From positions 124,001 to 188,000 of the forward strand of contig CDROCS010000321.1 in the NCBI GenBank assembly GCA_977020255.1: a stretch of DNA of 64,000 bases, in the 5' to 3' direction. The translations under genes were made by a program, and so were the position numbers. The DNA comes from Obrimoposthia wandeli. Its lineage: Eukaryota. Below, piece by piece: positions 8,564 through 17,726 of the stretch (positions within the stretch are counted from its first letter, which is position 1; each line of letters starts with the position of its first letter). A model generated the notes under the pieces. The model did not search any database, was not told the DNA's origin, and saw only the letters and a program-made list of their open reading frames with translations.

Positions 8564-8995
8564 ATGAATAAGCATACTAAAGTTGCCGTACTGGTCGCGC
8601 CATTATTAGCCGTACTCGGTTATGTCGCCTCGGATTATTTTATTGAAAACGATGCGGATGAAATCAAATTAATCACCTTAGTACCTGAATCATCTTGTGC
8701 TGTACTTGACGGTGAATGCGTATTGATAAGCGGTGATTTCAAAATCAACGTATTTGATAAAGCAGGTATAACGGTTGTCAACTCGACTTTCCCGCTAGAT
8801 GAAGCCGTGTTGTTTTTGGTTAACGATGATAATTCTGCGACAGCATATCCTCTGACTCAAGTTCAAAGTAACTATTATTGGCAAGTGCAAACACCACTGC
8901 GTGAGTTAGCCGCGACCTCGGCAAGTTATAAATTAAGATTGATCGCTTCGATTAAAGGCGGTAATTACATCAGCGAATTTGAAACGTTGCTCTAG
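8564..8995 (+). CDS. Hypothetical membrane-anchored periplasmic protein (143 aa)
   Basis: One N-terminal hydrophobic helix and a Cys pair (SCAVLDGEC); 4 nt after the crbR stop and 19 nt before the crbS ATG. Confidence 0.7.
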   Translation: MNKHTKVAVLVAPLLAVLGYVASDYFIENDADEIKLITLVPESSCAVLDGECVLISGDFKINVFDKAGITVVNSTFPLDEAVLFLVNDDNSATAYPLTQVQSNYYWQVQTPLRELAATSASYKLRLIASIKGGNYISEFETLL

Positions 8996-9014
8996 TTTTT
9001 TAGTAGGTTATATT

Positions 9015-12000
9015 ATGTTCGCTAATTGGCAGTTAATGCTATTAAGTTTTTTTTATATCGCGTTATTGTTTTTGATTGCTTATTTAGGCGATAAATATCG
9101 TCATCTTATCCAAGGAAAACGGCAAGCGTTAATTTATGCGTTTGCCGTTTCTGTTTATTGTACCTCATGGAGTTTTCTCGGTACCACGGGGCAGGCTGCA
9201 ACCAGTGTTTACTCGTACTTGCCCATTTATTTAGGTCCTATCTTACTGCTTGTCTTCGCATGGCCTTTTCTACAACGTATTATTCAGACCAGTATCAGTT
9301 TTAATTTAACCTCTATCGCCGATTTACTTGCCGCTCGCTTTGGTAAATCACATGCCTTGGCTATCTTGGTGACGATGGTCTCGTTACTTGGCACCATGCC
9401 TTATATCGCCTTACAAATTAAAGCGATTGTTTATTCCTTCCAGCAATTACAAATCCAGCAAGACTTTATGCCATGGCAACTTGGTTTAGTGACCAGTTTT
9501 GTACTGGCTGGTTTTAGTATTCTATTTGGGATTCGAAATATTGATGTCACAGAACGTCATCCCGGTATTATGCTGGCGATTGCGTTTGAAGCCTTGGTTA
9601 AAATCATCGCTTTTGCCAGTGTCGGTATTTTCATTTGTTATATTGTCTTTGATTCACCACGGGATATCTGGCAACAAGCCAGTGCCAATGCTGACTTAGC
9701 CAGTGCATTGCAATTCCCCGATTTAAGTGCGATGTTTGGTATGATCATTATTGTGATGGCCGCATTTTTTGTGTTACCGCGGCAATTCCACGTCATGATT
9801 GTGGAGTTACGTGATGAACAAGATGCTTGGTTGAGCCGCCGTATTTTTCCCTTGTACCTACTTGTGTTTGCGTTTTTCTCTGCACCACTGGGGCTAGCGG
9901 GTTATTTACTACTCGGTAACAGCGTACCTGCGGATATGTATGTATTGGTGTTACCTTGGTATCAAGATCAAATGTGGTTAACACTGTTTGCATTTTTAGG
10001 CGCGATCTCAGCAGCAAGCTCTATGGTTATCGTTTCAACGATTGCCTTGAGTACCATGCTCAGTAATGAGATCGTATTCCCGTTTCTATTCAAGAAGAAT
10101 AAACATCCCACGCAATACCATGCGTTTAGATTAAAGCTGCTTAACATTCGTAAAGTGTTAGTGCTGTTTGTTATTTTTCTGAGTTATCTGGTCTTTCTGT
10201 TTATCCCTCCTACTGCATTAGCGAACTTAGGCGCGACTGCATTAGGCGCATTAGCACAACTCACGCCGGCATTAGTAGCGGCTTTCTATTGGCGTCGTGC
10301 GACATTAAAAGGGGTGTTTACAGGCATAAGTTTAGGATTTTCATTATGGACACTGGTTAATTTTTTACCGCAGTTAGGTTTATATCAAGGGCCACTCGAA
10401 GGCACTGTTTTTGCAAGTTCAACGGCAATCAACTTACTTTGCTTGACCATTAATATTGTCGCGATGATCCTAATATCCTTAGTTACCCGTTCGAGTATTC
10501 AAGAACGGATACAGGGGGCGTTGTTTTTAAAGCGCCAGTTAACGCCATCATTAGTGGAAAGTAAGCGCAAAGCGAAGTCAAAACGACAAGCGATATCCAT
10601 TGATGAGTTGCTGTTATTGACCGCGCAGTTTGTCGGTGACGATAAAGCATCTAAAAGCTTCCAGGCTTTTGAACAGGTAGCGATTACTTTAGGCTATACC
10701 GCTAAGGAAAAATCGGAATATGCACTTGAGCATGCCGAGAAAGTCTTATCGAGTGTGATGGGCTCGTCATCTGCACGCTTAGTGCTCAATTCGGCATTGG
10801 ATGGACATGATTTTGCGTTGGATGAACTGGCTACATTAGTCGGTAACGCATCAAGTCACCGCCAAGAATTTAGTCAGAATTTGTTAAAAAGTGCGATAGA
10901 AAATACCAGAGATGGGATCTCGATTGTAAATGATGAACTCGAACTGGTTGCTTGGAACAAGCAGTATGCGATGTTGTTTGATTATCCTGATGATATTCTG
11001 AGTGTGGGTTGTTCGGTTGAGTCATTAATACGCTTTAATGCCGAGCGCGGTTTGTGTGGTGCAGGTGATACTGAGTTTCATGTAAAAAAACGTCTCGATT
11101 TTCTACGTTTAAGACAGTCGCATAACTCCGAACGCTTACGTGAAGACGGTAAGGTTATTAGAATCGAAGGCAACCCATTACCTGATGGTGGCTTCTTGAT
11201 GGTTTTTTCCGATATTACCGTATTTAGACAAGCAGAGCAGGTATTAAAAGAAGCTAATCAAGATCTAGAAACCAGAGTTACTGAGCGCACCAATAAACTC
11301 GAAAAAGCCAATAAAGAGTTAGCCAAGGCGAGGGTAGTTGCAGATGAAGCGCTGAGTAAGAAAAGTCATTATTTACAAGTGTGTAGTCATGATTTATTGC
11401 AGCCACTAGAAGCGGCACGTTTGTTCACATCGGCACTGGCAAGTCAGTCGACGTTAAATGAACATCAGCAGCGCCAAGTGAAGAGTATCGACTTGTCGTT
11501 AAAAGTCGCGAATGAAATGATTGTTAATTTAGCCGAAGTTGCTCGTATTGAGAGTGGCAGTATTAAACCGCATATTGAAACATTCGCGCTAAATGATCTC
11601 TTTAGCCAACTTGCTAACGAGTTTTCTGCAGCAGCGAAACAACATGGGGTGAGTTTTACCATTATGCCGACAAAGCATTGGGTTAATACCGATAAACACC
11701 TGCTACGTCGCATATTACAAAATTTAATTGGTAATGCCTTTCGCTATGCCAGTCCTGGACGAGTATTGCTCGGTTGTCGCCGAAAAAGTGGTCAGATCAG
11801 TATTCAGTTATTAGATAATGGGCCCGGTATTGCGGCAAAAAATCAAGCTAAGGTATTCGAACAATTCAGTCAATTAGAGGACAATAATGGTTCGAATGAT
11901 GGCTTAGGGCTAGGACTTAGTATTTGTAATAGCCTATCGGTATTGCTGCAGCATCAATTGAGTCTTGATTCTATTGAAGGTCGAGGTTGTCGTTTTAGTC

Positions 12001-12455
12001 TACAACTGTGCGAGGCGACCGCGTTACAACAAGATAATATTGTACCGATTCTTGCTCCGACGGACCTGACAGGGACAGCTGTACTGTGTATCGATAACAA
12101 TCCGGCTATTTTGGAAGGCATGTTAGAGCTAATGAGCAGTTGGGACTGTGAGGTTTACGGTGCTAATTCAATCGCCACGGCGAAAGCATTATTTAAGCAG
12201 TGTGATTTCGATATTTTGTTAGTGGATTATCAATTAGATAATAGTGAGGATGGATTAACGTTAATTTCAGCGTTAAGAGCAATTAATCCCACTACGCCAG
12301 CAATCCTTATTACCGCGACGACTGAAGCTGGCATTGCAGATAAGGCCGCTGCGGCTAACGTCGGTTTATTACGTAAACTGGTTAAGCCTGCTGCGCTTAG
12401 AGCGATGATGAGTGCGCAATTAACTGAATCACTACAAACACAGTTTAGTCGCTAA
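9015..12455 (+). CDS. crbS: SLC5(SSS)-STAC-PAS hybrid sensor histidine kinase with REC domain, CrbS-like (start moved to ATG 9015)
   Basis: N-terminal SSS-like TM domain (VYCTSWSFLGTTG), PAS (WNKQYAMLFDYP), H-box SHDLLQPL, N-box NLIGNAFRY, DNGPGI, GLGLGLSI and a C-terminal REC. Confidence 0.85.
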   Translation: MFANWQLMLLSFFYIALLFLIAYLGDKYRHLIQGKRQALIYAFAVSVYCTSWSFLGTTGQAATSVYSYLPIYLGPILLLVFAWPFLQRIIQTSISFNLTSIADLLAARFGKSHALAILVTMVSLLGTMPYIALQIKAIVYSFQQLQIQQDFMPWQLGLVTSFVLAGFSILFGIRNIDVTERHPGIMLAIAFEALVKIIAFASVGIFICYIVFDSPRDIWQQASANADLASALQFPDLSAMFGMIIIVMAAFFVLPRQFHVMIVELRDEQDAWLSRRIFPLYLLVFAFFSAPLGLAGYLLLGNSVPADMYVLVLPWYQDQMWLTLFAFLGAISAASSMVIVSTIALSTMLSNEIVFPFLFKKNKHPTQYHAFRLKLLNIRKVLVLFVIFLSYLVFLFIPPTALANLGATALGALAQLTPALVAAFYWRRATLKGVFTGISLGFSLWTLVNFLPQLGLYQGPLEGTVFASSTAINLLCLTINIVAMILISLVTRSSIQERIQGALFLKRQLTPSLVESKRKAKSKRQAISIDELLLLTAQFVGDDKASKSFQAFEQVAITLGYTAKEKSEYALEHAEKVLSSVMGSSSARLVLNSALDGHDFALDELATLVGNASSHRQEFSQNLLKSAIENTRDGISIVNDELELVAWNKQYAMLFDYPDDILSVGCSVESLIRFNAERGLCGAGDTEFHVKKRLDFLRLRQSHNSERLREDGKVIRIEGNPLPDGGFLMVFSDITVFRQAEQVLKEANQDLETRVTERTNKLEKANKELAKARVVADEALSKKSHYLQVCSHDLLQPLEAARLFTSALASQSTLNEHQQRQVKSIDLSLKVANEMIVNLAEVARIESGSIKPHIETFALNDLFSQLANEFSAAAKQHGVSFTIMPTKHWVNTDKHLLRRILQNLIGNAFRYASPGRVLLGCRRKSGQISIQLLDNGPGIAAKNQAKVFEQFSQLEDNNGSNDGLGLGLSICNSLSVLLQHQLSLDSIEGRGCRFSLQLCEATALQQDNIVPILAPTDLTGTAVLCIDNNPAILEGMLELMSSWDCEVYGANSIATAKALFKQCDFDILLVDYQLDNSEDGLTLISALRAINPTTPAILITATTEAGIADKAAAANVGLLRKLVKPAALRAMMSAQLTESLQTQFSR

Positions 12456-12574
12456 TCGTCATTATTGGTCGATTTACGACTGTGCTCGTGAGTAATAAGA
12501 ATCATGAGTACGAGTAGGGAAGCGTTCTTGTCAGCTTATCCTAAAATCGCTGTGATTCGCGAATGCTGAGCTAT

Positions 12575-12599
12575 ATTGTAGTGATTGTAGTGATTGTAG
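12575..12599. repeat. Tandem repeat (ATTGTAGTG)x2.8
   Basis: Copies start at 12575, 12584 and 12593, in the crbS-gltA intergenic region. Confidence 0.75.
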
Positions 12600-12636
12600 A
12601 AATGATCATAGCGAATGTGGAAATAATGATCGTAAT

Positions 12637-12671
12637 AAAAAAGGCTTCTGAATAAATCCAGAAGCCTTTTT
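12637..12671. terminator. Bidirectional terminator between crbS and gltA
   Basis: AAAAAAGGCTTCTG-aataaatc-CAGAAGCCTTTTT. Confidence 0.9.
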
Positions 12672-12697
12672 GCTATATACATAAAACGTTATATTAG

Positions 12698-13987
12698 TTA
12701 GTCGCGGTCAGCAAGTGACTCAAACGGACGGTGCGCTTCACCAGTATATAACTGACGAGGACGACCAATTTTCTGTCCAGGTTGACTTAACATTTCGTTC
12801 CAGTGAGCGATCCAGCCTACAGTACGGCCTAATGCAAAAATAACCGTGAACATAGAAACAGGGATACCAATAGCACGTAACGTAATGCCTGAGTAGAAAT
12901 CTACATTTGGATATAGTTTCTTCTCGATGAAGTAAGGGTCTTCAAGCGCAATACGCTCAAGTTCCATTGCTACATCTAATAGTGGATCAGAAATGTTTAA
13001 TTCACTAAGCACTTCGTGACAACTCTTACGCATTACTGTTGCACGTGGATCTTTGTTTTTGTAAACACGATGACCAAAGCCCATTAGACGGAACGGGTCA
13101 TCTTTGTCTTTCGCACGAGCGATAAATTCAGGAATACGATCAACGCTGCCAATCTCTTCAAGCATTGTTAGACAAGCTTCGTTTGCACCACCGTGAGCAG
13201 GCCCCCAAAGTGACGCAATACCTGCAGCAATACATGCAAATGGGTTAGCACCTGATGAACCAGCAAGACGAACAGTAGATGTTGATGCATTTTGTTCATG
13301 ATCAGCATGTAGTGTAAAGATACGGTCCATCGCTGTTTCAACAACAGGATTAACAACATATTCTTCACATGGTACTGAGAACATCATTTTTAAGAAGTTA
13401 CCAGCATACGACAAGCTGTTGTCTGGATATACAAACGGTTGACCGATTGAATATTTGTAACACATAGCAGCAATTGTTGGCATTTTTGATAATAAACGGA
13501 ATGCCGAGATTTCACGGTGACGTTGGTTAGTAACATCAAGTGAATCATGATAAAAGGCTGCTAGTGCGCCAGATACACCACAAAGAATAGACATTGGGTG
13601 AGAATCGCGACGGAAACCTTTAAAGAATGATGCGAATTGCTCATGCACCATTGTATGCTTGTGTACAGTTGCTTTGAATTGCTCGTATTGTTCTTTAGTT
13701 GGTGCATCACCATAAAGAATAATATAACAAACTTCTAAATAATCTGCATTAAATGCTAAATCATCAATAGCGTAACCGCGATGTAGTAGGATACCTTCTA
13801 CACCATCAATATAAGTAATTTTAGACTCACACGATGACGTTGCCATAAAACCTGGATCATGGGTGAAATATCCTTTACTACCTAGGGTACGAATGTCGAT
13901 AACATCGTGACCAGCTGTACCAGATAAAATTGGAAGTTCAACTGGCTCTTGACCGGGTAGGTTTAACGTGGCTTTTTGATTAGCCAT
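12698..13987 (-). CDS. gltA: Citrate synthase (type II)
   Basis: [32 protein letters not shown] and YPNVDFYSG motifs. Confidence 0.98.
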   Translation of the reverse strand: MANQKATLNLPGQEPVELPILSGTAGHDVIDIRTLGSKGYFTHDPGFMATSSCESKITYIDGVEGILLHRGYAIDDLAFNADYLEVCYIILYGDAPTKEQYEQFKATVHKHTMVHEQFASFFKGFRRDSHPMSILCGVSGALAAFYHDSLDVTNQRHREISAFRLLSKMPTIAAMCYKYSIGQPFVYPDNSLSYAGNFLKMMFSVPCEEYVVNPVVETAMDRIFTLHADHEQNASTSTVRLAGSSGANPFACIAAGIASLWGPAHGGANEACLTMLEEIGSVDRIPEFIARAKDKDDPFRLMGFGHRVYKNKDPRATVMRKSCHEVLSELNISDPLLDVAMELERIALEDPYFIEKKLYPNVDFYSGITLRAIGIPVSMFTVIFALGRTVGWIAHWNEMLSQPGQKIGRPRQLYTGEAHRPFESLADRD

Positions 13988-14159
13988 AGCACGTCTCCTT
14001 TGCTTATTTATAGTTAGATTTCTTCATGAAATTCGAAGCTAAAGCTACCTTTAATATTTACTAATGTCAATTTTGTTACAGAATAATCAAAGAAAAAACA
14101 CTAAAAGGTTAACCTATGTTTCAATTTCAACGTAAATGTTGCGAGAAGACCTTTTATAA

Positions 14160-14188
14160 TTGTAAATAAATTGTGATATAGGTATACT
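14160..14188 (+). promoter_or_regulatory. sigma-70 promoter of sdhCDAB
   Basis: TTGTAA-N17-TATACT, the same hexamers I recall for the E. coli sdhC promoter, in the gltA-sdhC divergent region. Confidence 0.7.
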
Positions 14189-14370
14189 TATACGCGGATT
14201 AAGAGTCCTTGTTTTAATTTTGTTCAAATGATGTAAGTGCTTATAATCGTTATTTTATTTGAACTTTGAACAAGAAATAAACAAGGGCTTTCATTTGAAA
14301 GGATTTTGTTATGGAAATAATACAATTCTGTGATCCGCATCATAATAATAATAATGCTCAATGGAGCTGA

Positions 14371-14757
14371 GTGAGCGATATCGTGAAAAAGCAAAGACCT
14401 GTAAATTTAGATCTGCAGACTATCAACATGCCAATCACAGCAATCGCATCGATTCTACACCGTATCTCTGGTGTAATAATGCTGTTTGCTGTGGGTATCC
14501 TGTTGTGGTTACTAGCAGAATCATTATCTTCTGAACAAGGTTTCCAAAACGCACAAGAAATTGTGTCTGGTTTCTTTGGTACATTCATTCTTTGGGGAAT
14601 CCTAACAGCACTTGCATATCATATTGCAGGTGGTATCCGTCATCTATTGATGGACATGGGTTACTTTGAAGAACTTGAATCGGGTGCATTAAGTGCGAAA
14701 GTATCTTTTGTTGCAACCGTTGTTTTATCAATCCTAGCGGGGATAATGGTATGGTAA
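14371..14757 (+). CDS. sdhC: Succinate dehydrogenase cytochrome b556 subunit
   Basis: RPVNLDL, SILHRISG and YHIAGGIRHLLMD motifs; GTG start. Confidence 0.97.
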   Translation: MSDIVKKQRPVNLDLQTINMPITAIASILHRISGVIMLFAVGILLWLLAESLSSEQGFQNAQEIVSGFFGTFILWGILTALAYHIAGGIRHLLMDMGYFEELESGALSAKVSFVATVVLSILAGIMVW

Positions 14758-15095
14758 CTAACGCAGCAAGTTATGGCCGCAGTGGTACACATGATTTTAT
14801 CATGATCCGTGCAACCGCCATCATTATGGCACTTTATACATTTTATTTTGTTGGTTTTGTAGCATTTAATGATCTTACATATCAAGTATGGACAGATTTT
14901 TTTGCAAGCACTGGCAATAAAGTATTCACCCTTCTTACCCTTATCGCTCTCGTCATCCACGCGTGGATTGGTGTATGGCAGGTATTAACTGACTATGTTA
15001 AATCAACCGGTTTACGTGGTGCATTACAGTTTGTTCTAACAACCACTGCATTTATTTATGCGCTTGTTGGTTTTGTTGTTCTTTGGGGGTTATAA
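14751..15095 (+). CDS. sdhD: Succinate dehydrogenase membrane anchor subunit
   Basis: GRSGTHDF...RATA and HAWIGVWQVLTDY motifs. Confidence 0.97.
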   Translation: MVTNAASYGRSGTHDFIMIRATAIIMALYTFYFVGFVAFNDLTYQVWTDFFASTGNKVFTLLTLIALVIHAWIGVWQVLTDYVKSTGLRGALQFVLTTTAFIYALVGFVVLWGL

Positions 15096-16877
15096 GTGAG
15101 TATTCCAGTTCGCGAATTTGATGCAGTAGTTATTGGCGCCGGTGGTGCTGGTATGCGTGCTGCGCTATCAATATCTAAGTCAGGTAAAAGTTGTGCACTT
15201 TTATCTAAAGTTTTTCCAACTCGTTCACATACCGTATCTGCTCAAGGTGGTATTACCGTTGCTTTAGGTAATTCACACGAAGACGATTGGACATGGCACA
15301 TGTACGATACTGTTAAAGGTTCTGATTATATCGGTGACCAAGACGCTATCGAATTTATGTGTAAAACGGGTCCAGAAGCAATTTTAGAACTTGAGCATAT
15401 GGGTCTACCATTCTCACGTTTTGAAGATGGTACTATTTACCAACGTCCATTTGGTGGTCAGTCACTTGCATACGGTGGCGCACAAGCGGCTCGTACTGCT
15501 GCTGCTGCCGATCGTACTGGTCATGCATTACTTCATCTTCTGTATCAACAAAACATTAAGAATGAAACGAAAGTTTTCTCTGAATGGTATGCGTTAGACC
15601 TCGTTAAAAATGACGAAGGTATCATCACTGGTTGTACAGCGATGGACATTGAAACAGGTGAAATTTGCTACTTCAAGTCTAAAGCGACTGTATTTGCTAC
15701 AGGTGGCGCAGGTCGTATCTATTCTTCTACAACGAATGCACACATTAATACTGGTGACGGTGTTGGTATGGCTATTCGTGCTGGTATCCCAGTACAAGAT
15801 ATGGAAATGTGGCAGTTCCACCCGACCGGTATTGCAGGTGCAGGTGTACTTGTAACTGAAGGTTGTCGTGGTGAAGGCGGTTACTTACTCAATAAAGATG
15901 GCGAACGTTTCATGGAACGTTATGCGCCAAACGCAAAAGATCTTGCTGGTCGTGACGTTGTTGCTCGTTCAATGATGACTGAAATTCGTGAAGGTCGTGC
16001 GTGTGATGGTCCTTGGGGTCCACACCTTAAATTGAAACTTGATCACCTTGGTGAAGACGTACTTGAATCTCGTCTACCAGGTATTTGTGAGCTATCTCGT
16101 ACGTTCGCTCACGTTGATCCAGTTAAAGAACCAATTCCAGTAATTCCAACGTGTCACTACATGATGGGCGGTTTACCTGCGAATGTTAACGGTGAAGTAC
16201 TAACACGTAATGAAGAAGGTAACATGGAAGTTGTTGCTGGTTTATTTGCTGTTGGTGAAATCGCTTGTGTATCAGTACATGGCGCGAACCGTTTAGGTGG
16301 TAATTCACTGCTTGATTTGGTTGTATTTGGTCGTGCTGCTGGTAACTATCTTGGTACTGCGCTGGATACTATTCCAGAGCCACAAGAAGCAACTGACGCA
16401 AACGTAGATGCATCGCTTGAACGTTTAAACCGTTGGGAAAATAATCAAGACGGTGAAGATCCTGCGCAAATCCGTAAAGATTTACAACAATGTATGCAAC
16501 TTAACTTCTCGGTATTCCGTGAAGGTGATTCAATGGCCGAAGGTCTTGAAGAGTTACGTACAATTCGTAAACGTTTACAAAATGCACGCTTAGATGACAC
16601 TTCTACAGAATTCAATACACAACGTATTGAATGTCTAGAACTGGATAACCTGATGGAAACGGCATATGCAACTGCGCATGCTGCAAATTTCCGTACAGAA
16701 AGTCGTGGTGCTCACAGTCGTTTTGATTATCCAGATCGTGATGATGTGAACTGGTTATGCCATTCACTGTATCAACCTGAATCAGAAACAATGGTTACGC
16801 GTGAAGTGAACTTATCACCTAACTTATTGACTGAAGAACAGTTGAAACACTTTGTGCCAAAAGCACGCGTTTATTAA
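15096..16877 (+). CDS. sdhA: Succinate dehydrogenase flavoprotein
   Basis: [16 protein letters not shown] (FAD-His), QFHPTG and [11 protein letters not shown] motifs. Confidence 0.99.
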   Translation: MSIPVREFDAVVIGAGGAGMRAALSISKSGKSCALLSKVFPTRSHTVSAQGGITVALGNSHEDDWTWHMYDTVKGSDYIGDQDAIEFMCKTGPEAILELEHMGLPFSRFEDGTIYQRPFGGQSLAYGGAQAARTAAAADRTGHALLHLLYQQNIKNETKVFSEWYALDLVKNDEGIITGCTAMDIETGEICYFKSKATVFATGGAGRIYSSTTNAHINTGDGVGMAIRAGIPVQDMEMWQFHPTGIAGAGVLVTEGCRGEGGYLLNKDGERFMERYAPNAKDLAGRDVVARSMMTEIREGRACDGPWGPHLKLKLDHLGEDVLESRLPGICELSRTFAHVDPVKEPIPVIPTCHYMMGGLPANVNGEVLTRNEEGNMEVVAGLFAVGEIACVSVHGANRLGGNSLLDLVVFGRAAGNYLGTALDTIPEPQEATDANVDASLERLNRWENNQDGEDPAQIRKDLQQCMQLNFSVFREGDSMAEGLEELRTIRKRLQNARLDDTSTEFNTQRIECLELDNLMETAYATAHAANFRTESRGAHSRFDYPDRDDVNWLCHSLYQPESETMVTREVNLSPNLLTEEQLKHFVPKARVY

Positions 16878-16892
16878 ACATAAGGGATACCT

Positions 16893-17609
16893 ATGCAAGT
16901 TAAATTTTCAATTTATCGCTATAACCCTGATGTTGATAGCAAACCTAAAATGAAAGAAATGAGCCTTGAAGTGCCTGAAGGTTCAGACATGATGGTTCTT
17001 GATGCGTTGATTCTGTTAAAAGAAAAAGACGCATCATTATCTTTCCGTCGTTCTTGTCGTGAAGGTGTGTGTGGATCTGACGGTGTTAACATGAATGGCA
17101 AGAATGGCCTAGCATGTATCACGCCTTTGTCTGATTTAAATATGAACAACACGATCGTTATTCGTCCGCTTCCTGGTTTACCAGTGGTTCGAGATCTCGT
17201 GATTGATATGTCGCAGTTTTATGATAACTACGCACGTATCAAACCGTTCTTAATTACAGACGAAAGTGCTATTCCACCGTCTCGCGAAAACCTTCAGTCA
17301 CCTGAAGATCGTGAGAAGTTAGATGGTTTATATGAATGTATCTTATGTGCATGTTGTTCAACATCATGCCCATCATTCTGGTGGAACCCTGATAAGTTCG
17401 TGGGTCCTGCTGGTTTATTAGCGGCTTATCGTTTCTTAGTTGATAGTCGTGACACAGCAACAGACCAACGTTTATCAGAATTAGACGATGCGTTTAGTGT
17501 ATTCCGTTGTCACGGTATTATGAACTGTGTAAACGTGTGTCCTAAAGGTCTAAATCCTACAAAAGCAATCGGTAATATTAAATCTATGTTACTACAACGT
17601 GCGGTGTAG
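16893..17609 (+). CDS. sdhB: Succinate dehydrogenase iron-sulfur subunit
   Basis: SCREGVCGSDG, CILCACCSTSCP and CHGIMNCVNVCP motifs. Confidence 0.99.
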   Translation: MQVKFSIYRYNPDVDSKPKMKEMSLEVPEGSDMMVLDALILLKEKDASLSFRRSCREGVCGSDGVNMNGKNGLACITPLSDLNMNNTIVIRPLPGLPVVRDLVIDMSQFYDNYARIKPFLITDESAIPPSRENLQSPEDREKLDGLYECILCACCSTSCPSFWWNPDKFVGPAGLLAAYRFLVDSRDTATDQRLSELDDAFSVFRCHGIMNCVNVCPKGLNPTKAIGNIKSMLLQRAV

Positions 17610-17726
17610 CAATGTTTTTTGTTAGTTTTTAGTTACAATGGTCATTCCGTTGGGAATGGCCTAGTAATTTGAAATCTTTGCTACCATCTCTGGCGCGGTG
17701 GACATTTAAAGTAAAAAGGGCAGAGA

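Noticed and set aside
8979-9014. Longer N-terminus of the sensor kinase given by the ORF track
   Set aside because: It starts at a TTG inside the upstream gene; ATG 9015 has an RBS-like TAGG and gives the expected TM start. The same reasoning was applied to the trimmed starts of the STAS, export, narP, moaA, napB, tamA, cspD, clpA and cvfB genes.
16820-16877. SdhA C-terminus a few residues longer than in E. coli ([19 protein letters not shown])
   Set aside because: A small terminal indel in a variable surface segment, with no evidence of functional novelty.
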